From Candidatus Coprenecus sp. (lineage in GTDB: Bacteria > Bacteroidota > Bacteroidia > Bacteroidales > UBA932): a DNA stretch of 45,414 nucleotides. Positions 24,990 to 34,825 of the stretch are shown here, one piece after another. The stretch lies in the NCBI GenBank assembly GCA_045635245.1, contig JAZRBT010000225.1, forward strand, positions 1-45,414, in the 5' to 3' direction. Made by a program: the position numbers and the translations under genes. How positions within the stretch are numbered: position 1 is the stretch's first letter; every line of letters starts with the position of its first letter. The notes beneath the pieces were generated by a model that had not been told where the DNA came from, searched no databases, and saw only the letters and a program-made list of their open reading frames with translations.

Positions 24990-26122
24990 TAAATGGTAAT
25001 TAGTTCGTAATCACGTGTACCGATACCGATTTCCTGAGCATAATCCAGACCATATTGCCAGTTGGTGTCGGGGTGAAGCAAGTGGAATTTGTCATCTCCT
25101 TCGTGGCAGTGACACTCTCCAAGACGACCTGTCTTGAGGGTGGGTGCTGCAATAACCAAGTCTGCACAAGCCTGATCGAGGGCAACCGGGTCAAATGATG
25201 CTGCGATTCCAATATCGGGAACGATAGCGGCATCGTTGTGTACCCAGCAGTCGCACTCTGGAGATACATTCATAATGAAGTTGATGTAGAAGCAAGGTTT
25301 GTCTTTTACAATTGCTTTGGTGTACTCTGCAATTTTTGCGTTGAGCACCTCTGATGTGTCCATATCTTCCACCACTGCAGCATTGTATTGGCAAAGGGCA
25401 ATACATTGGCCGCAGCCGACACATTTGCTATAATCGATTTGAGCACTTTTCTTGATTCCTTCGGGAGTTTCCACATCGCAAAGATGGATTGCATCGTGAT
25501 TGCAGAACTTCACGCAGACATTGCAGCAACGGCAGTTCTTGACCTTTACGACCGGTTTTGAAGATGAGTGCAACTCCATTTTACCTGCCACACTCGCACA
25601 GCCCATACCCATATTCTTCAAAGCACCACCGAAGCCTGTCTGTTCGTGGCCTTTGAAGTGGCTCAGAGCAATGATAATATCTGAATCGACAATCGCTGTT
25701 CCCACTTTTGCGGTTTTGCAATATTTGCCGTTTTCAATAGGAAGTTCCCTGAAATCGGTACCTTTCACTCCGTCTGCAATAATTACATCACATTTTGCAG
25801 AAATACGGTTGAATCCGTTTTCCATTGCACTGTTGAGGTGATCCACTGCATTGGATCTTTTACCCGAATATAATGTATTGGAGTCGGTAAGATAAGGTTT
25901 TCCTCCAAAGGAGCGGACCATATCTGCAACTCTTGCAGCATAGTTTGGGCGGATAAATGCCAGGTTTCCGGGTTCTCCAAAGTGTAGTTTTATTGCTACG
26001 AATTTTTGTTTGAAATCAATAGTTTCAATACCTGCTGCTTTTGCAACATTCTCCATTTTTTGGACAAGAGGTGCTTTTACAGAGGTGTGAAGATCTGTGA
26101 AAAATACTTTAGACTTTCTCAT
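24989..26122 (-). CDS. DUF362-domain protein with inserted 2x[4Fe-4S] ferredoxin-like domain
   Basis: 377 aa. Cys clusters CRCCNVCVKFC and CVGCGQCIALC. The stop overlaps the menA start (TAATG). Confidence 0.7.
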   Translation of the reverse strand: MRKSKVFFTDLHTSVKAPLVQKMENVAKAAGIETIDFKQKFVAIKLHFGEPGNLAFIRPNYAARVADMVRSFGGKPYLTDSNTLYSGKRSNAVDHLNSAMENGFNRISAKCDVIIADGVKGTDFRELPIENGKYCKTAKVGTAIVDSDIIIALSHFKGHEQTGFGGALKNMGMGCASVAGKMELHSSSKPVVKVKNCRCCNVCVKFCNHDAIHLCDVETPEGIKKSAQIDYSKCVGCGQCIALCQYNAAVVEDMDTSEVLNAKIAEYTKAIVKDKPCFYINFIMNVSPECDCWVHNDAAIVPDIGIAASFDPVALDQACADLVIAAPTLKTGRLGECHCHEGDDKFHLLHPDTNWQYGLDYAQEIGIGTRDYELITI

Positions 26123-27758
26123 TGTAATCGGTTTTAGGTTTTGTAAGGATTTCGTTAATAACCATTATGTCGTTTTCGTGGAGAACGGTGTTTCCACGAG
26201 GTATAATGGACTCTTCGCCCCTTTTGATAAGAACAATGAGTTCATTGCTGTTGGGTGAGTATTGGAACACTTTTTTGCCAACCCATCCGCTTTCGGGGGT
26301 GATTACCCTCTCCTGAAGGTGGATTACGGAGTCGTTGTCAAAATTCTTGGCTGTCATAATCACTTTGTCTCCTTCCTTAATTTTGGTTTTGCCGCTTGGA
26401 ACTTTGGCTTCACCATCCCGGATGATGACAGCAATCAATGTGTCGTGTGGTATGGGAATATCTTTTACCGTTTTGTCTTTCCAGGGGTCTTTGTCGCTGA
26501 TGTCCACCTGGATAAATTCTATGTCACTGTCCTGTGAATAGTCGGTAAAGGTCTTCATAATATCTTCGTCCTGGTCGATCATATTGAGCTTTCTCGATAC
26601 ATAGGGGATAAATGAACCCTGGAATAGAATCGATATGATGACAACCGTAAAGACGATATTGAATAGGATATGTTCCTGATCGGGATATATTTCTGCAACA
26701 GCCGGGGTGGCCATAATTGCAAATACGATGGATGCCGCACCTCTAAGACCCACGAACGAAACCAAAGCCTGTTGGTTGAATCTGCTCTTGAAGGGTAACA
26801 GTATTGAGAAAATAGATATGGGGCGGGCTACAAATGCCATAAATATAGCAATGAGTGCAGCAGGGAAAAGTACAGCAGGCAGTTCTGAAGGATTTACCAG
26901 CAGACCCAACAAGAAGAAAATCACTACCTGCATAAGTCCGTTGATTCCGTCGAAGAAAGGGACCAATGTCTTTTTGTCTTTTATGTCTGAGTTTCCGAGA
27001 ATGATACCTACTATATAAGCACTCAAATAACCATTACCGCCTACAATACTTGGCAGGGCATAAGAGAGAATGGCAATGGCGAATACGAACAGCTCATCGA
27101 AACTCGAGCGTGAACTGCCGAACCTTTTCATTATTTTACAAGAGAGGACTGCTATAACCAATCCCAGGCAGGCACCATATACAAGTTGGGAGAAAATCAT
27201 ATATCCTATACCTCCACCATCAGCTTCTCCGGTAATGATAGAAATCATAATGGCGGTAAGCATATATGAACAGGGGTCGTTACTACCGCTCTCTATCTCC
27301 AAAAGAGAGGCGGTGTTATATTTCAAACCGAGTTGTCTCGAACGGAGGATTGCAAACACCGAGGCGGCATCTGTCGAGCAAAGAACAGCTCCGATAAGAT
27401 AACCGAACAAGGGTGGCATTCCTAATACGTAGATACAGAAAAGACCTGTAAATAATGCAGTTATGACTACACCTACTGAAGCCAGCAGGCCTGCTTTGAC
27501 CACTACAGGTCGTGCCTCTTTCCATCTTGTTCCGAATCCACCATAGAACATTATGAAAATGAGGGCAACGGTACAGATGTCCTCTGTTATGCTAAAATTG
27601 TTGAATTCAATGCTGAAAATTCCATCAGAGCCGAAAAGCATACCCAATAGCATAAATCCCAAAAGCATCGGGATTCCTATCTTGTTGGATACTCTGTTGA
27701 GAACAACGCAAAGAGCAACAACTACGGCTGTCAGTATTAAAAGAGAGTATAGAATCAT
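26109..27758 (-). CDS. Monovalent cation (K+/Na+):H+ antiporter, CPA1/NhaP2-like, with two C-terminal RCK_C (TrkA-C) domains
   Basis: About 11-12 TM helices followed by two soluble repeats (TLIAVIIRDGEAKVPSGKTKIKEGDKVIM and ELIVLIKRGEESIIPRGNTVLHENDIMVI). The start is moved to ATG 27758 (MILYSLL...) because the ORF-track ATG at 27794 lies inside the upstream terminator hairpin. Confidence 0.8.
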   Translation of the reverse strand: MILYSLLILTAVVVALCVVLNRVSNKIGIPMLLGFMLLGMLFGSDGIFSIEFNNFSITEDICTVALIFIMFYGGFGTRWKEARPVVVKAGLLASVGVVITALFTGLFCIYVLGMPPLFGYLIGAVLCSTDAASVFAILRSRQLGLKYNTASLLEIESGSNDPCSYMLTAIMISIITGEADGGGIGYMIFSQLVYGACLGLVIAVLSCKIMKRFGSSRSSFDELFVFAIAILSYALPSIVGGNGYLSAYIVGIILGNSDIKDKKTLVPFFDGINGLMQVVIFFLLGLLVNPSELPAVLFPAALIAIFMAFVARPISIFSILLPFKSRFNQQALVSFVGLRGAASIVFAIMATPAVAEIYPDQEHILFNIVFTVVIISILFQGSFIPYVSRKLNMIDQDEDIMKTFTDYSQDSDIEFIQVDISDKDPWKDKTVKDIPIPHDTLIAVIIRDGEAKVPSGKTKIKEGDKVIMTAKNFDNDSVIHLQERVITPESGWVGKKVFQYSPNSNELIVLIKRGEESIIPRGNTVLHENDIMVINEILTKPKTDYNEKV

Positions 27759-27772
27759 CTGTTGTTTGTCAT

Positions 27773-27806
27773 TTATAAAAATAAAGGGTGGCATAAACCA
27801 CCCTTT
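27773..27806 (-). terminator. Intrinsic terminator after the serC-serA-DUF1015-nucleotidyltransferase operon
   Basis: Stem AAAGGGTGG (27783-27791) / CCACCCTTT (27798-27806) with a 6-nt loop. On the minus strand it is followed by ATTTTTATAAAT. Confidence 0.65.
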
Positions 27807-27815
27807 GTGTATTTT

Positions 27816-28727
27816 TTACCAAAGTTTAGAAGGGTAGATGCCGTCTGCGATAAGCTTGGCAATTTTGCTTACCACTTCCGGTTTGTCCTCCTTGTATGTG
27901 ACACCAAACCATTGAGCATCACTTGTGAGTACCTTCAAGGATACTCTCTTTTGATTGATAAGTGTGTTTACACACAACGGAATGAAAAATTCCGATTTGG
28001 GGTTTGACATATTGGCGGGATTGGACAGGAACTCTTTGAACAGTTCTTCTGTTTTCGAGAAGAAATCAGGGGTAAATCCGAACAGGTTCATTGAGACTGT
28101 AGTGTCCTGGTCGATGGGGTGTTCTCCGCACTCATCCTTGTAGCGGACAATTCCGTCAGTACCACGTGCAATGGCTGTGCGTTCAACGATAGAAACGAGA
28201 TTGCCCTCTCCATCTACTGAACACTCTCCGCGAGATACAGTGCCATATTCTGACAAAGTGTTACGGAGGTTATAACCGACCATTGAGTAATTGCCATGGG
28301 TACCATCTACCTGGCGAAGATACTCTGCCAGCACCATATAGGCATCTCTTCCATAGAAGTCATCTGCATTGATTACAGCAAATGGTCCTTCCACTGCCGG
28401 AGCTGCCATCATAACTGCGTGGCAGGTGCCCCAGGGTTTGATTCTGCCCTCGGGAACCGAAAATCCTTCGGGCAGATAATCCAACTCCTGGAAAACAAAT
28501 TCGACATCTATTTTCCCACCAAAGTGTTCTTTTGAAAAGACTTCTCTGAACTCTTGTTCAAAAGAGTGTCTGATGACAAAGACTACTTTTCCAAATCCTG
28601 CCTGCACAGCATCGTAAATGGAATAGTCTATAATAGCCTCATTGTTAGGACCTACACCGTCCATTTGTTTTAGAGAACCGTAGCGGGAACCCATCCCTGC
28701 GGCTAATACAACTAAAGTAGGCTTCAT
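27816..28727 (-). CDS. Sugar-phosphate nucleotidyltransferase-family protein (substrate unknown)
   Basis: 303 aa. N-terminal LAAGMGSRYGSLKQ (GxGxR NTP-binding loop) and a later INADDFYG block. Confidence 0.75.
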   Translation of the reverse strand: MKPTLVVLAAGMGSRYGSLKQMDGVGPNNEAIIDYSIYDAVQAGFGKVVFVIRHSFEQEFREVFSKEHFGGKIDVEFVFQELDYLPEGFSVPEGRIKPWGTCHAVMMAAPAVEGPFAVINADDFYGRDAYMVLAEYLRQVDGTHGNYSMVGYNLRNTLSEYGTVSRGECSVDGEGNLVSIVERTAIARGTDGIVRYKDECGEHPIDQDTTVSMNLFGFTPDFFSKTEELFKEFLSNPANMSNPKSEFFIPLCVNTLINQKRVSLKVLTSDAQWFGVTYKEDKPEVVSKIAKLIADGIYPSKLW

Positions 28728-28745
28728 CTTCTGTTACTTGTGGTG

Positions 28746-29990
28746 TTATTTTTCAAGTTTGTGAATTGCCAAACCACTTCTTAGTTTTGGTTCAAACCAA
28801 GTAGTCTTAGGAGGCATAATGTTACCTGTATCAGCGATATTGATAAGTTGTCTCATAGAAACAGGATACAATGCGAATGCTGCAACCATTTCACCGGAAT
28901 CAACTCTTCTGCTAAGTTCGCCAAGACCACGGATACCACCTACGAAGTCAATTCTCTTAGAAGTTCTAAGGTCTTTGATGTCAAGTAGTTTGTCGAAGAT
29001 AAGGTTTGAACAGATGGTAACGTCAAGAACTCCGATAGGGTCGTTATCATCATATTTGCCTTCTTTAGCGGTCAATGAGTACCATTTGCCGTCGATGTAC
29101 ATTGCGAAGTTGTGAAGAGCAGCAGGAGTATAAATCTCTGTACCCATTTCTTTAACTTCGAAATCTTCACCAAGAGCAGCGATGAATTCTTCTTTGCTCA
29201 AACCGTTAAGATCTTTAACTACGCGGTTGTAGTCAATGATTTTAAGGTGGCTTTCAGGAAATACAACTGACATAAAGTAGTTATATTCTTCATCACCTTG
29301 GTGGTTAGGATTTTGACGACGTTTTTCTTCTCCAACAAGAGCAGCAGCTGCTGTTCTGTGGTGACCGTCTGCTACATAGAATGCAGGGATTTCTGAGAAA
29401 ATCTCAGTGATGCGAGCGATGTCAGCATCTTGGTCGATTACCCAGAAGTGGTGTCCGAAACCATCATCAGGAGCTACGAAATCGTACTCAGGAGCGTTAG
29501 CTGTATATTTGGCAACGATAGCGTTGATTTCGTCGTTGTCAGGATAAGCGAAGAATACAGGCTCTACGTTAGCGTTTTGGATTCTAACGTGGATCATTCT
29601 ATCCTCTTCTTTATCTTTACGGGTTAGCTCGTGTTTTTTGATTTTACCGGTCATATAGTCATCTACGTGAGCACAAAGAACGATACCATATTGGGTACGG
29701 CCTTCCATTGTTTGTGCGTAAACGTAGTAGCACTCTTTTTGGTCTTTAACCAACCAACCTTTGTTCATCCACTCTTTTAGGTTTTCAACTGCTTTGTCGT
29801 ATGCAGGTTGAGAGTGTTCGTCGATGATAGGATCGAAATCGATTTCAGGTTTGGTTATATGAAGCAATGATTTTTCACCAGCTTCAGCTTTTGCTTCTTG
29901 AGAGTTTAGTACGTCATAAGGGCGTGCAGCTACCTCTTCAACAATAGCTTTGGGTGGACGAATCGCTGCGAAAGGTTTTACTTTTACCAT
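28746..29990 (-). CDS. DUF1015-family protein (function unknown)
   Basis: 414 aa. The N-terminus MVKVKPFAAIRP...ARPYDVLNS...LLHITKPE and the central ADGHHR match my memory of the DUF1015 / COG4198 family. Confidence 0.75.
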   Translation of the reverse strand: MVKVKPFAAIRPPKAIVEEVAARPYDVLNSQEAKAEAGEKSLLHITKPEIDFDPIIDEHSQPAYDKAVENLKEWMNKGWLVKDQKECYYVYAQTMEGRTQYGIVLCAHVDDYMTGKIKKHELTRKDKEEDRMIHVRIQNANVEPVFFAYPDNDEINAIVAKYTANAPEYDFVAPDDGFGHHFWVIDQDADIARITEIFSEIPAFYVADGHHRTAAAALVGEEKRRQNPNHQGDEEYNYFMSVVFPESHLKIIDYNRVVKDLNGLSKEEFIAALGEDFEVKEMGTEIYTPAALHNFAMYIDGKWYSLTAKEGKYDDNDPIGVLDVTICSNLIFDKLLDIKDLRTSKRIDFVGGIRGLGELSRRVDSGEMVAAFALYPVSMRQLINIADTGNIMPPKTTWFEPKLRSGLAIHKLEK

Positions 29991-29998
29991 ATCAGTTA

Positions 29999-30919
29999 TT
30001 ATTTGTTAAGTTGGAATTTTCTGTTACCTGTAGCGAAGAAATCACAGATTTGATTTGCTGCTGCAACACCTGCGTTTACGTTAGCTTCTGCAGTTTCAGC
30101 ACCCATTTTCTTAGGGGTTGCAAATACTCTCTTACCGAATTTCTCGTTCAATTCTGCTTGGTTTGAAGCAGCGATATCGGTAATATATTTAAGGTCTTCT
30201 CTTTCGGTAAGAACTTGTACCAATTCTTCTTCGTGGATAACTTCTTTACGAGCAGTGTTTACAAGGCAAGCACCTTTTGGCATTCTTGAAAGAAGGTGAT
30301 ATCCGATAGATTTTTTAGTTTGTTCTGTAGCAGGGATGTGAAGTGAAAGGAAGTTAGATTTTTCGTAAAGTTCTTCCAATGTAGCTGCAACTTCAACTCC
30401 GTCAGCTTTGATAGCTTCTGCAGGAACGAAGGGGTCGAAAGCGATGATGTTCATTCCGAATCCTTTAGCGTGCTCAGCAACAAGGCGACCTACGTTACCG
30501 TAAGCTTGGATACCAAGGGTTTTGCCTTTAAGCTCAGAACCTGTACCAGCTGTGAATTGGTTACGAGAGATGTAAATCATAAAACCAAGTGCCAATTCAG
30601 CTACAGCGTTTGAGTTTTGACCAGGGGTGTTCATTGCAACGATACCTCTTTCGGTACAAGCTGCAAGGTCAAGGTTGTCAAAACCAGCACCTGCGCGAAC
30701 TACGATTTGTAGTTTTGGAGCGGCAGCGATTACTTCGCGGGTAACTTTGTCTGAACGAACGATAAGAGCGTCAGCGTCAGCTACTGCATCGTAAAGTTGT
30801 TGAACATCAGTATATTTTTCCAAAGTAGTAAGGGTGTGACCACCTTTTTCAGCGATTTCTCTGATTTGGTCAACTGCTACTTTTGAGAAAGGTTTTTCAG
30901 TTGCTACTAAAATATTCAT
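29999..30919 (-). CDS. serA: D-3-phosphoglycerate dehydrogenase (short, D-2-hydroxyacid dehydrogenase family)
   Basis: 306 aa. NAD-binding GIQAYGNVGRLVA and catalytic-domain blocks. It lies next to serC. The substrate assignment rests on that context. Confidence 0.8.
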   Translation of the reverse strand: MNILVATEKPFSKVAVDQIREIAEKGGHTLTTLEKYTDVQQLYDAVADADALIVRSDKVTREVIAAAPKLQIVVRAGAGFDNLDLAACTERGIVAMNTPGQNSNAVAELALGFMIYISRNQFTAGTGSELKGKTLGIQAYGNVGRLVAEHAKGFGMNIIAFDPFVPAEAIKADGVEVAATLEELYEKSNFLSLHIPATEQTKKSIGYHLLSRMPKGACLVNTARKEVIHEEELVQVLTEREDLKYITDIAASNQAELNEKFGKRVFATPKKMGAETAEANVNAGVAAANQICDFFATGNRKFQLNK

Positions 30920-30943
30920 TATTGTAAATTTCTAAATTGGTTA

Positions 30944-32017
30944 TTATTTGTGAAGTTGTTCGAATTCTTGCATACAAGCAACCAAAGCTTCAACTGCTTC
31001 TTTAGGACAAGCATTGTAGGTAGAAGCGCGGAAACCACCAACTGAACGGTGTCCTTTGATACCTACCATACCTCTTTCTTTAGCGAAAGCGAAGAATTCA
31101 TCTTGTAGGTGCTCATATCCTTCAGCCATTACGAAGCAGATGTTCATTAGTGAACGGTCTTCAACAGCTGCGGTACCTCTGAATAGAGGGTTGCGGTCGA
31201 TTTCGTTGTAAAGCAAAGCAGCTTTTTCTTTGTTCATTTCGTAAACTTTTTCAAGACCACCTTGTGCTTTCACCCATTTAAGAGTTTCGTTCATTACGAA
31301 GATAGAGAATACAGGAGGGGTGTTGAACATAGATTCACCTTCAATGTGAGTTCTGTAGTCAAGCATTGTAGGGATGTAACGAGAAACTTTACCAAGAATT
31401 TCGTCTTTCACGATTACGAATACTGTACCTGCAGGACCTACGTTCTTTTGTGCACCACCATAGATAAGAGCATATTTAGAAACGTCAACAGGACGGCTCA
31501 TAATGTCAGATGACATATCAGCAACCAAGTTTACAGGACAATCCATATCTTCGTGGATTTCAGTTCCGTAGATAGTGTTGTTGGTTGTGATGTGGAAATA
31601 GTCAAGGTCGGTAGGAATTTCGTATCCTTTAGGGATGTAGTTGTAAGTAGTGTCAGCTGAAGAAGCGATAGCTACTGCATTACCGATACCTTTTGCTTCT
31701 TTAAGAGCTTTTTTAGCCCAAACACCTGTTTCAAGGTAACCAGCTTTGTTTTCAAGAAGGTTCATTGCAACATAAAGGAATTGAAGTGAAGCACCACCAC
31801 CTAGGAAAAGAACGCTGTAACCGTCAGGAATGTTAAGGATTTCTTTCCACAAGCTGCGGCATTCATCCATAACTGCTTCCCATTCTTTACTACGGTGAGA
31901 AACTTCTATAACTGAGATACCTGTTCCTTTGAAGTCTTTAAGAGCTTCGATTGCTGCGTTGACTGCTTCGCGAGGAAGAACGCAAGGACCTGCATTGAAA
32001 TTGTAAGCTTTTTTCAT
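30944..32017 (-). CDS. serC: Phosphoserine aminotransferase
   Basis: 357 aa from [15 protein letters not shown], a typical SerC N-terminus, with [11 protein letters not shown] around the PLP lysine. The ORF-track start at 32026 is a TTG three codons upstream of this ATG. Confidence 0.92.
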   Translation of the reverse strand: MKKAYNFNAGPCVLPREAVNAAIEALKDFKGTGISVIEVSHRSKEWEAVMDECRSLWKEILNIPDGYSVLFLGGGASLQFLYVAMNLLENKAGYLETGVWAKKALKEAKGIGNAVAIASSADTTYNYIPKGYEIPTDLDYFHITTNNTIYGTEIHEDMDCPVNLVADMSSDIMSRPVDVSKYALIYGGAQKNVGPAGTVFVIVKDEILGKVSRYIPTMLDYRTHIEGESMFNTPPVFSIFVMNETLKWVKAQGGLEKVYEMNKEKAALLYNEIDRNPLFRGTAAVEDRSLMNICFVMAEGYEHLQDEFFAFAKERGMVGIKGHRSVGGFRASTYNACPKEAVEALVACMQEFEQLHK

Positions 32018-32059
32018 ATTGATCAAATATTTTATGTGTTAATAATTGTAAATAATGCC

Positions 32060-32067
32060 CAAAGGTA
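32060..32067 (-). promoter_or_regulatory. -7 box TACCTTTG for serC operon
   Basis: Plus strand reads CAAAGGTA. The box ends 42 nt before ATG 32017. Confidence 0.4.
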
Positions 32068-32093
32068 TAAAAATTTAGTGACTTTGTTAAAAA

Positions 32094-32570
32094 TTAGTGA
32101 GAGTTGCTGATAATCTTGATATGTTTTGAATCAGTTGTCTTCTCACAATATGTACACAAAAGTTTAATCTCATTATCTTTGACAATGGTTTTAAACTTGG
32201 TTTCGATCTCCTGATGGTTGGTTACACACATAGGATTGAAACATTTTGCAATACCGGTAATCGACTCCGGAATGGTGAGAACTTTCTTCTCGATGACCTC
32301 AAAATCCTTGATGATATTGACACTTGCTTTTGGGGCAACCAATGCTATTTTGTTCAATTCATCATCTTTGAAAAATCTTTCGGCAAGTTTGATGATTCCT
32401 TTTTTGCCCATCGATTTGCTATCGAGGTTGATACCGAATGTGACGGGATTTGAGGAATTGGTAATGCCCAGAATATCAATAACTCTGAAGATTTGTTCGC
32501 TGGGAATGTGGTCCAGTACGGTGCCGTTTTTTATGGCATTGACTCTTAAATATTTTTCGCTGTTTTCCAT
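32094..32570 (-). CDS. pyrI: Aspartate carbamoyltransferase regulatory subunit
   Basis: 158 aa. LRVNAIKNGTVLDHIP N-domain and a four-Cys zinc domain (CFNPMC...CTYCEK). Confidence 0.92.
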   Translation of the reverse strand: MENSEKYLRVNAIKNGTVLDHIPSEQIFRVIDILGITNSSNPVTFGINLDSKSMGKKGIIKLAERFFKDDELNKIALVAPKASVNIIKDFEVIEKKVLTIPESITGIAKCFNPMCVTNHQEIETKFKTIVKDNEIKLLCTYCEKTTDSKHIKIISNSH

Positions 32571-32581
32571 AATGTTCTCAA

Positions 32582-33487
32582 CTATCTTTTACCTAATAAA
32601 TATGAAATGATAGCCATTCGGACGTACATTCCGTTTTCGGCTTGTTTGAAGTATGATGCGTAAGGGGTTTCATCCACATCGTTGGCAATTTCCTGAAGTC
32701 TTGGAAGCGGATGGAGAATTCTCATATTTTCTCTTACCGAGCCGAGCATCGATTTGTTGAGGCTATATACATTTTTAACTTTTTCGTACTCCACAGGGTC
32801 GGTGAAACGCTCCTGCTGGATACGGGTCATATAAAGTATGTCGGTCTCGTTGAGATACTGTTCGAGGTCGGTTGTCTCTCTGTAAGGGATATTCTTTTCG
32901 TTGAGGAAGTCTTTGTATTCCTGAGGCATCTCCAACTCTGCGGGCGAGGTGAAGGTGAACGAAGGGGAGAAGTGAGAAAGGGCTTGAAGGAGCGAGTGAA
33001 CGGTTCTGCCGTATTTCAGGTCTCCTACCATATTAATATCTATGTTGTCCAATCTTCCCTGGGTCTCTTTGATGGTGTACAAATCGAGCAATGTCTGAGT
33101 GGGGTGCTGGTTGGCTCCGTCACCTGCATTGATGACAGGTACCGATGCAATTTCCGAAGCATATCTGGCACTTCCTTCCAAAGGGTGGCGCATTACGATC
33201 AGATCGACATAATTCGATACCATTTTTATAGTGTCTTTAAGGCTTTCCCCTTTTCTGACGCTTGTGTTGGCTGCGTCCGAAAAACCTATCACTCTGGCAC
33301 CCAATCTGTTTGAGGCAGTCTCAAAACTTAGTCGGGTACGGGTTGAGGGCTCAAAGAAAATACAAGCTATGACCTTGTCACTGAGGAATGTCTGGGATTT
33401 GTTCTGCTCGAACTCCCTTGCAACATCGAGGATGTGTAGTATTTCCTCTTTTGTGAAATCCTGAATTGAGATTAGACTTTTTGCCAT
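32582..33487 (-). CDS. pyrB: Aspartate carbamoyltransferase catalytic subunit
   Basis: 301 aa. [13 protein letters not shown] carbamoyl-phosphate motif, HPTQ and HPLPR motifs. Confidence 0.95.
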   Translation of the reverse strand: MAKSLISIQDFTKEEILHILDVAREFEQNKSQTFLSDKVIACIFFEPSTRTRLSFETASNRLGARVIGFSDAANTSVRKGESLKDTIKMVSNYVDLIVMRHPLEGSARYASEIASVPVINAGDGANQHPTQTLLDLYTIKETQGRLDNIDINMVGDLKYGRTVHSLLQALSHFSPSFTFTSPAELEMPQEYKDFLNEKNIPYRETTDLEQYLNETDILYMTRIQQERFTDPVEYEKVKNVYSLNKSMLGSVRENMRILHPLPRLQEIANDVDETPYASYFKQAENGMYVRMAIISYLLGKR

Positions 33488-33505
33488 ATTATTATTGATT
33501 GTTGG

Positions 33506-34117
33506 TTATTGTTCTTGCTGTACGTTTGCATATTTTTCGACTGCCTCTATAAATCTCTCTTTTTCGGAGAGTCTGATATGGAGGACAATTTTACATTCGT
33601 TGTCAAATTCCTGTTTGTCGGGGACGATGTTGAACTCTTTCAGTTTCTTCATTACATCGTTCATTGCCAGGTATCCGAAGTGGAGAGAAATTCTGCTTGA
33701 GGCTATTTTTGTAACAATTTCTGCATTCTCCAAAACATCGCTTGTGGCGCTTTTGTAGGCTTTGATGAGTCCCGGCACACCTAATTTAATACCTCCGAAG
33801 TATCGTACCACTACTATCAGGATGTCGCTGATGTCGCTCGAGAGGAGCTGGCCGAGGATAGGTCTTCCTGCAGTGGAGGAGGGTTCTCCGTCGTCGTTGG
33901 CTCTCCAGATGTCACCGAATTGTCCGATGCGGTAGGCATAGCAATGGTGACGGGCATCGTAGTACTCTTTTTTCAGGGAATCTATTATAGGTTTGATTTC
34001 TTCTTCTGTCTGAACGGGAAATGCGAAAGAGAGGAACTTGCTCCCTTTGTCTTTGTATATCCCCTGAGCAGGGGCATTAATGGATTTATATGTGTCGCTA
34101 CCCGCCTGTTGCGCCAT
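33506..34117 (-). CDS. yigZ: IMPACT-family protein YigZ
   Basis: 203 aa. KGSKFLSFAFP, ARHHCYAYRIG, DDGEPSSTAGRPIL and VVVRYFGGIKLG are all UPF0029/IMPACT signatures. Confidence 0.88.
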   Translation of the reverse strand: MAQQAGSDTYKSINAPAQGIYKDKGSKFLSFAFPVQTEEEIKPIIDSLKKEYYDARHHCYAYRIGQFGDIWRANDDGEPSSTAGRPILGQLLSSDISDILIVVVRYFGGIKLGVPGLIKAYKSATSDVLENAEIVTKIASSRISLHFGYLAMNDVMKKLKEFNIVPDKQEFDNECKIVLHIRLSEKERFIEAVEKYANVQQEQ

Positions 34118-34257
34118 AATAATAAATTGTGTCGCTAAGATAGTACATTTTTCTTGATGTTTTGCTATATTGCTGACTCTTTGGAAGAAATCTCTTCAAA
34201 AATAAAAATACCCCTCTGAAATGATAAAAATTTAGGATATTTGTAAAAAATCTTTTG

Positions 34258-34265
34258 TAACTTTG
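34258..34265 (+). promoter_or_regulatory. -7 box TAACTTTG for the 34301 gene (and probably miaA)
   Basis: Exact TAnnTTTG match ending 35 nt before ATG 34301. Confidence 0.4.
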
Positions 34266-34300
34266 GTTTCCATTCAACGATAAAACTTAAAAACTAAAAT

Positions 34301-34807
34301 ATGATTTGTGCTTACAAAGCGACTATAACCAAGAGTAAAGTATTCCTCAGAGAGTATCTTCTGGAATCAGATATGTCTCTGTATCGTTTGCATGAATTCC
34401 TATGTAGCGATCTTGAATATTCATTGGACCAGATGGTCTATTTCGAGGCTTTGGACAAAAAAGGCAATCCGTTGAAAAGATACGGGCTTTTCGATTTCGG
34501 AGACGGTTCGATGGATACCATAACATTGCAGTCAACTATCGAGAACCAGGAATTGGTGTTGAAGTATGTTTACAATGTGCCGATGAATCTATCCATTATT
34601 CTAACCTTTATTTCGGAGCAGGAATTCAACAGAAAGTTGAGTTATCCTTGTCTTGTTAATGAAAAAGGTAGAATTCCCGATCAATTCTCAGCCCAATACG
34701 AAGATTTCGAAGAGTATTCTGATTATGGCAGGTCAAGTTTCGTGGAAAGTGACTGCGACCAGGAATACGAAGATGATGAACTTCCTGAGGGAGAGGAAGG
34801 GGAATAA
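34301..34807 (+). CDS. Hypothetical protein with strongly acidic C-terminal tail
   Basis: 168 aa. The N-terminal 115 aa or so are globular, with a faint resemblance to pRiA4b-ORF3-like domains (LYRLHEFLCSDLEY). The tail reads DFEEYSDYG...DQEYEDDELPEGEEGE. Confidence 0.55.
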   Translation: MICAYKATITKSKVFLREYLLESDMSLYRLHEFLCSDLEYSLDQMVYFEALDKKGNPLKRYGLFDFGDGSMDTITLQSTIENQELVLKYVYNVPMNLSIILTFISEQEFNRKLSYPCLVNEKGRIPDQFSAQYEDFEEYSDYGRSSFVESDCDQEYEDDELPEGEEGE

Positions 34808-34825
34808 ATTTTAAGCGGACACCGG

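Noticed and set aside
6972-27806. Two terminator hairpins (6972-7014 and 27783-27806) share the core AAGGGTGG/CCACCCTT, which suggests a repeat family
   Set aside because: Only 8-9 nt are shared and the flanks differ. Two occurrences of a GC-rich stem core are not enough to call a dispersed repeat.
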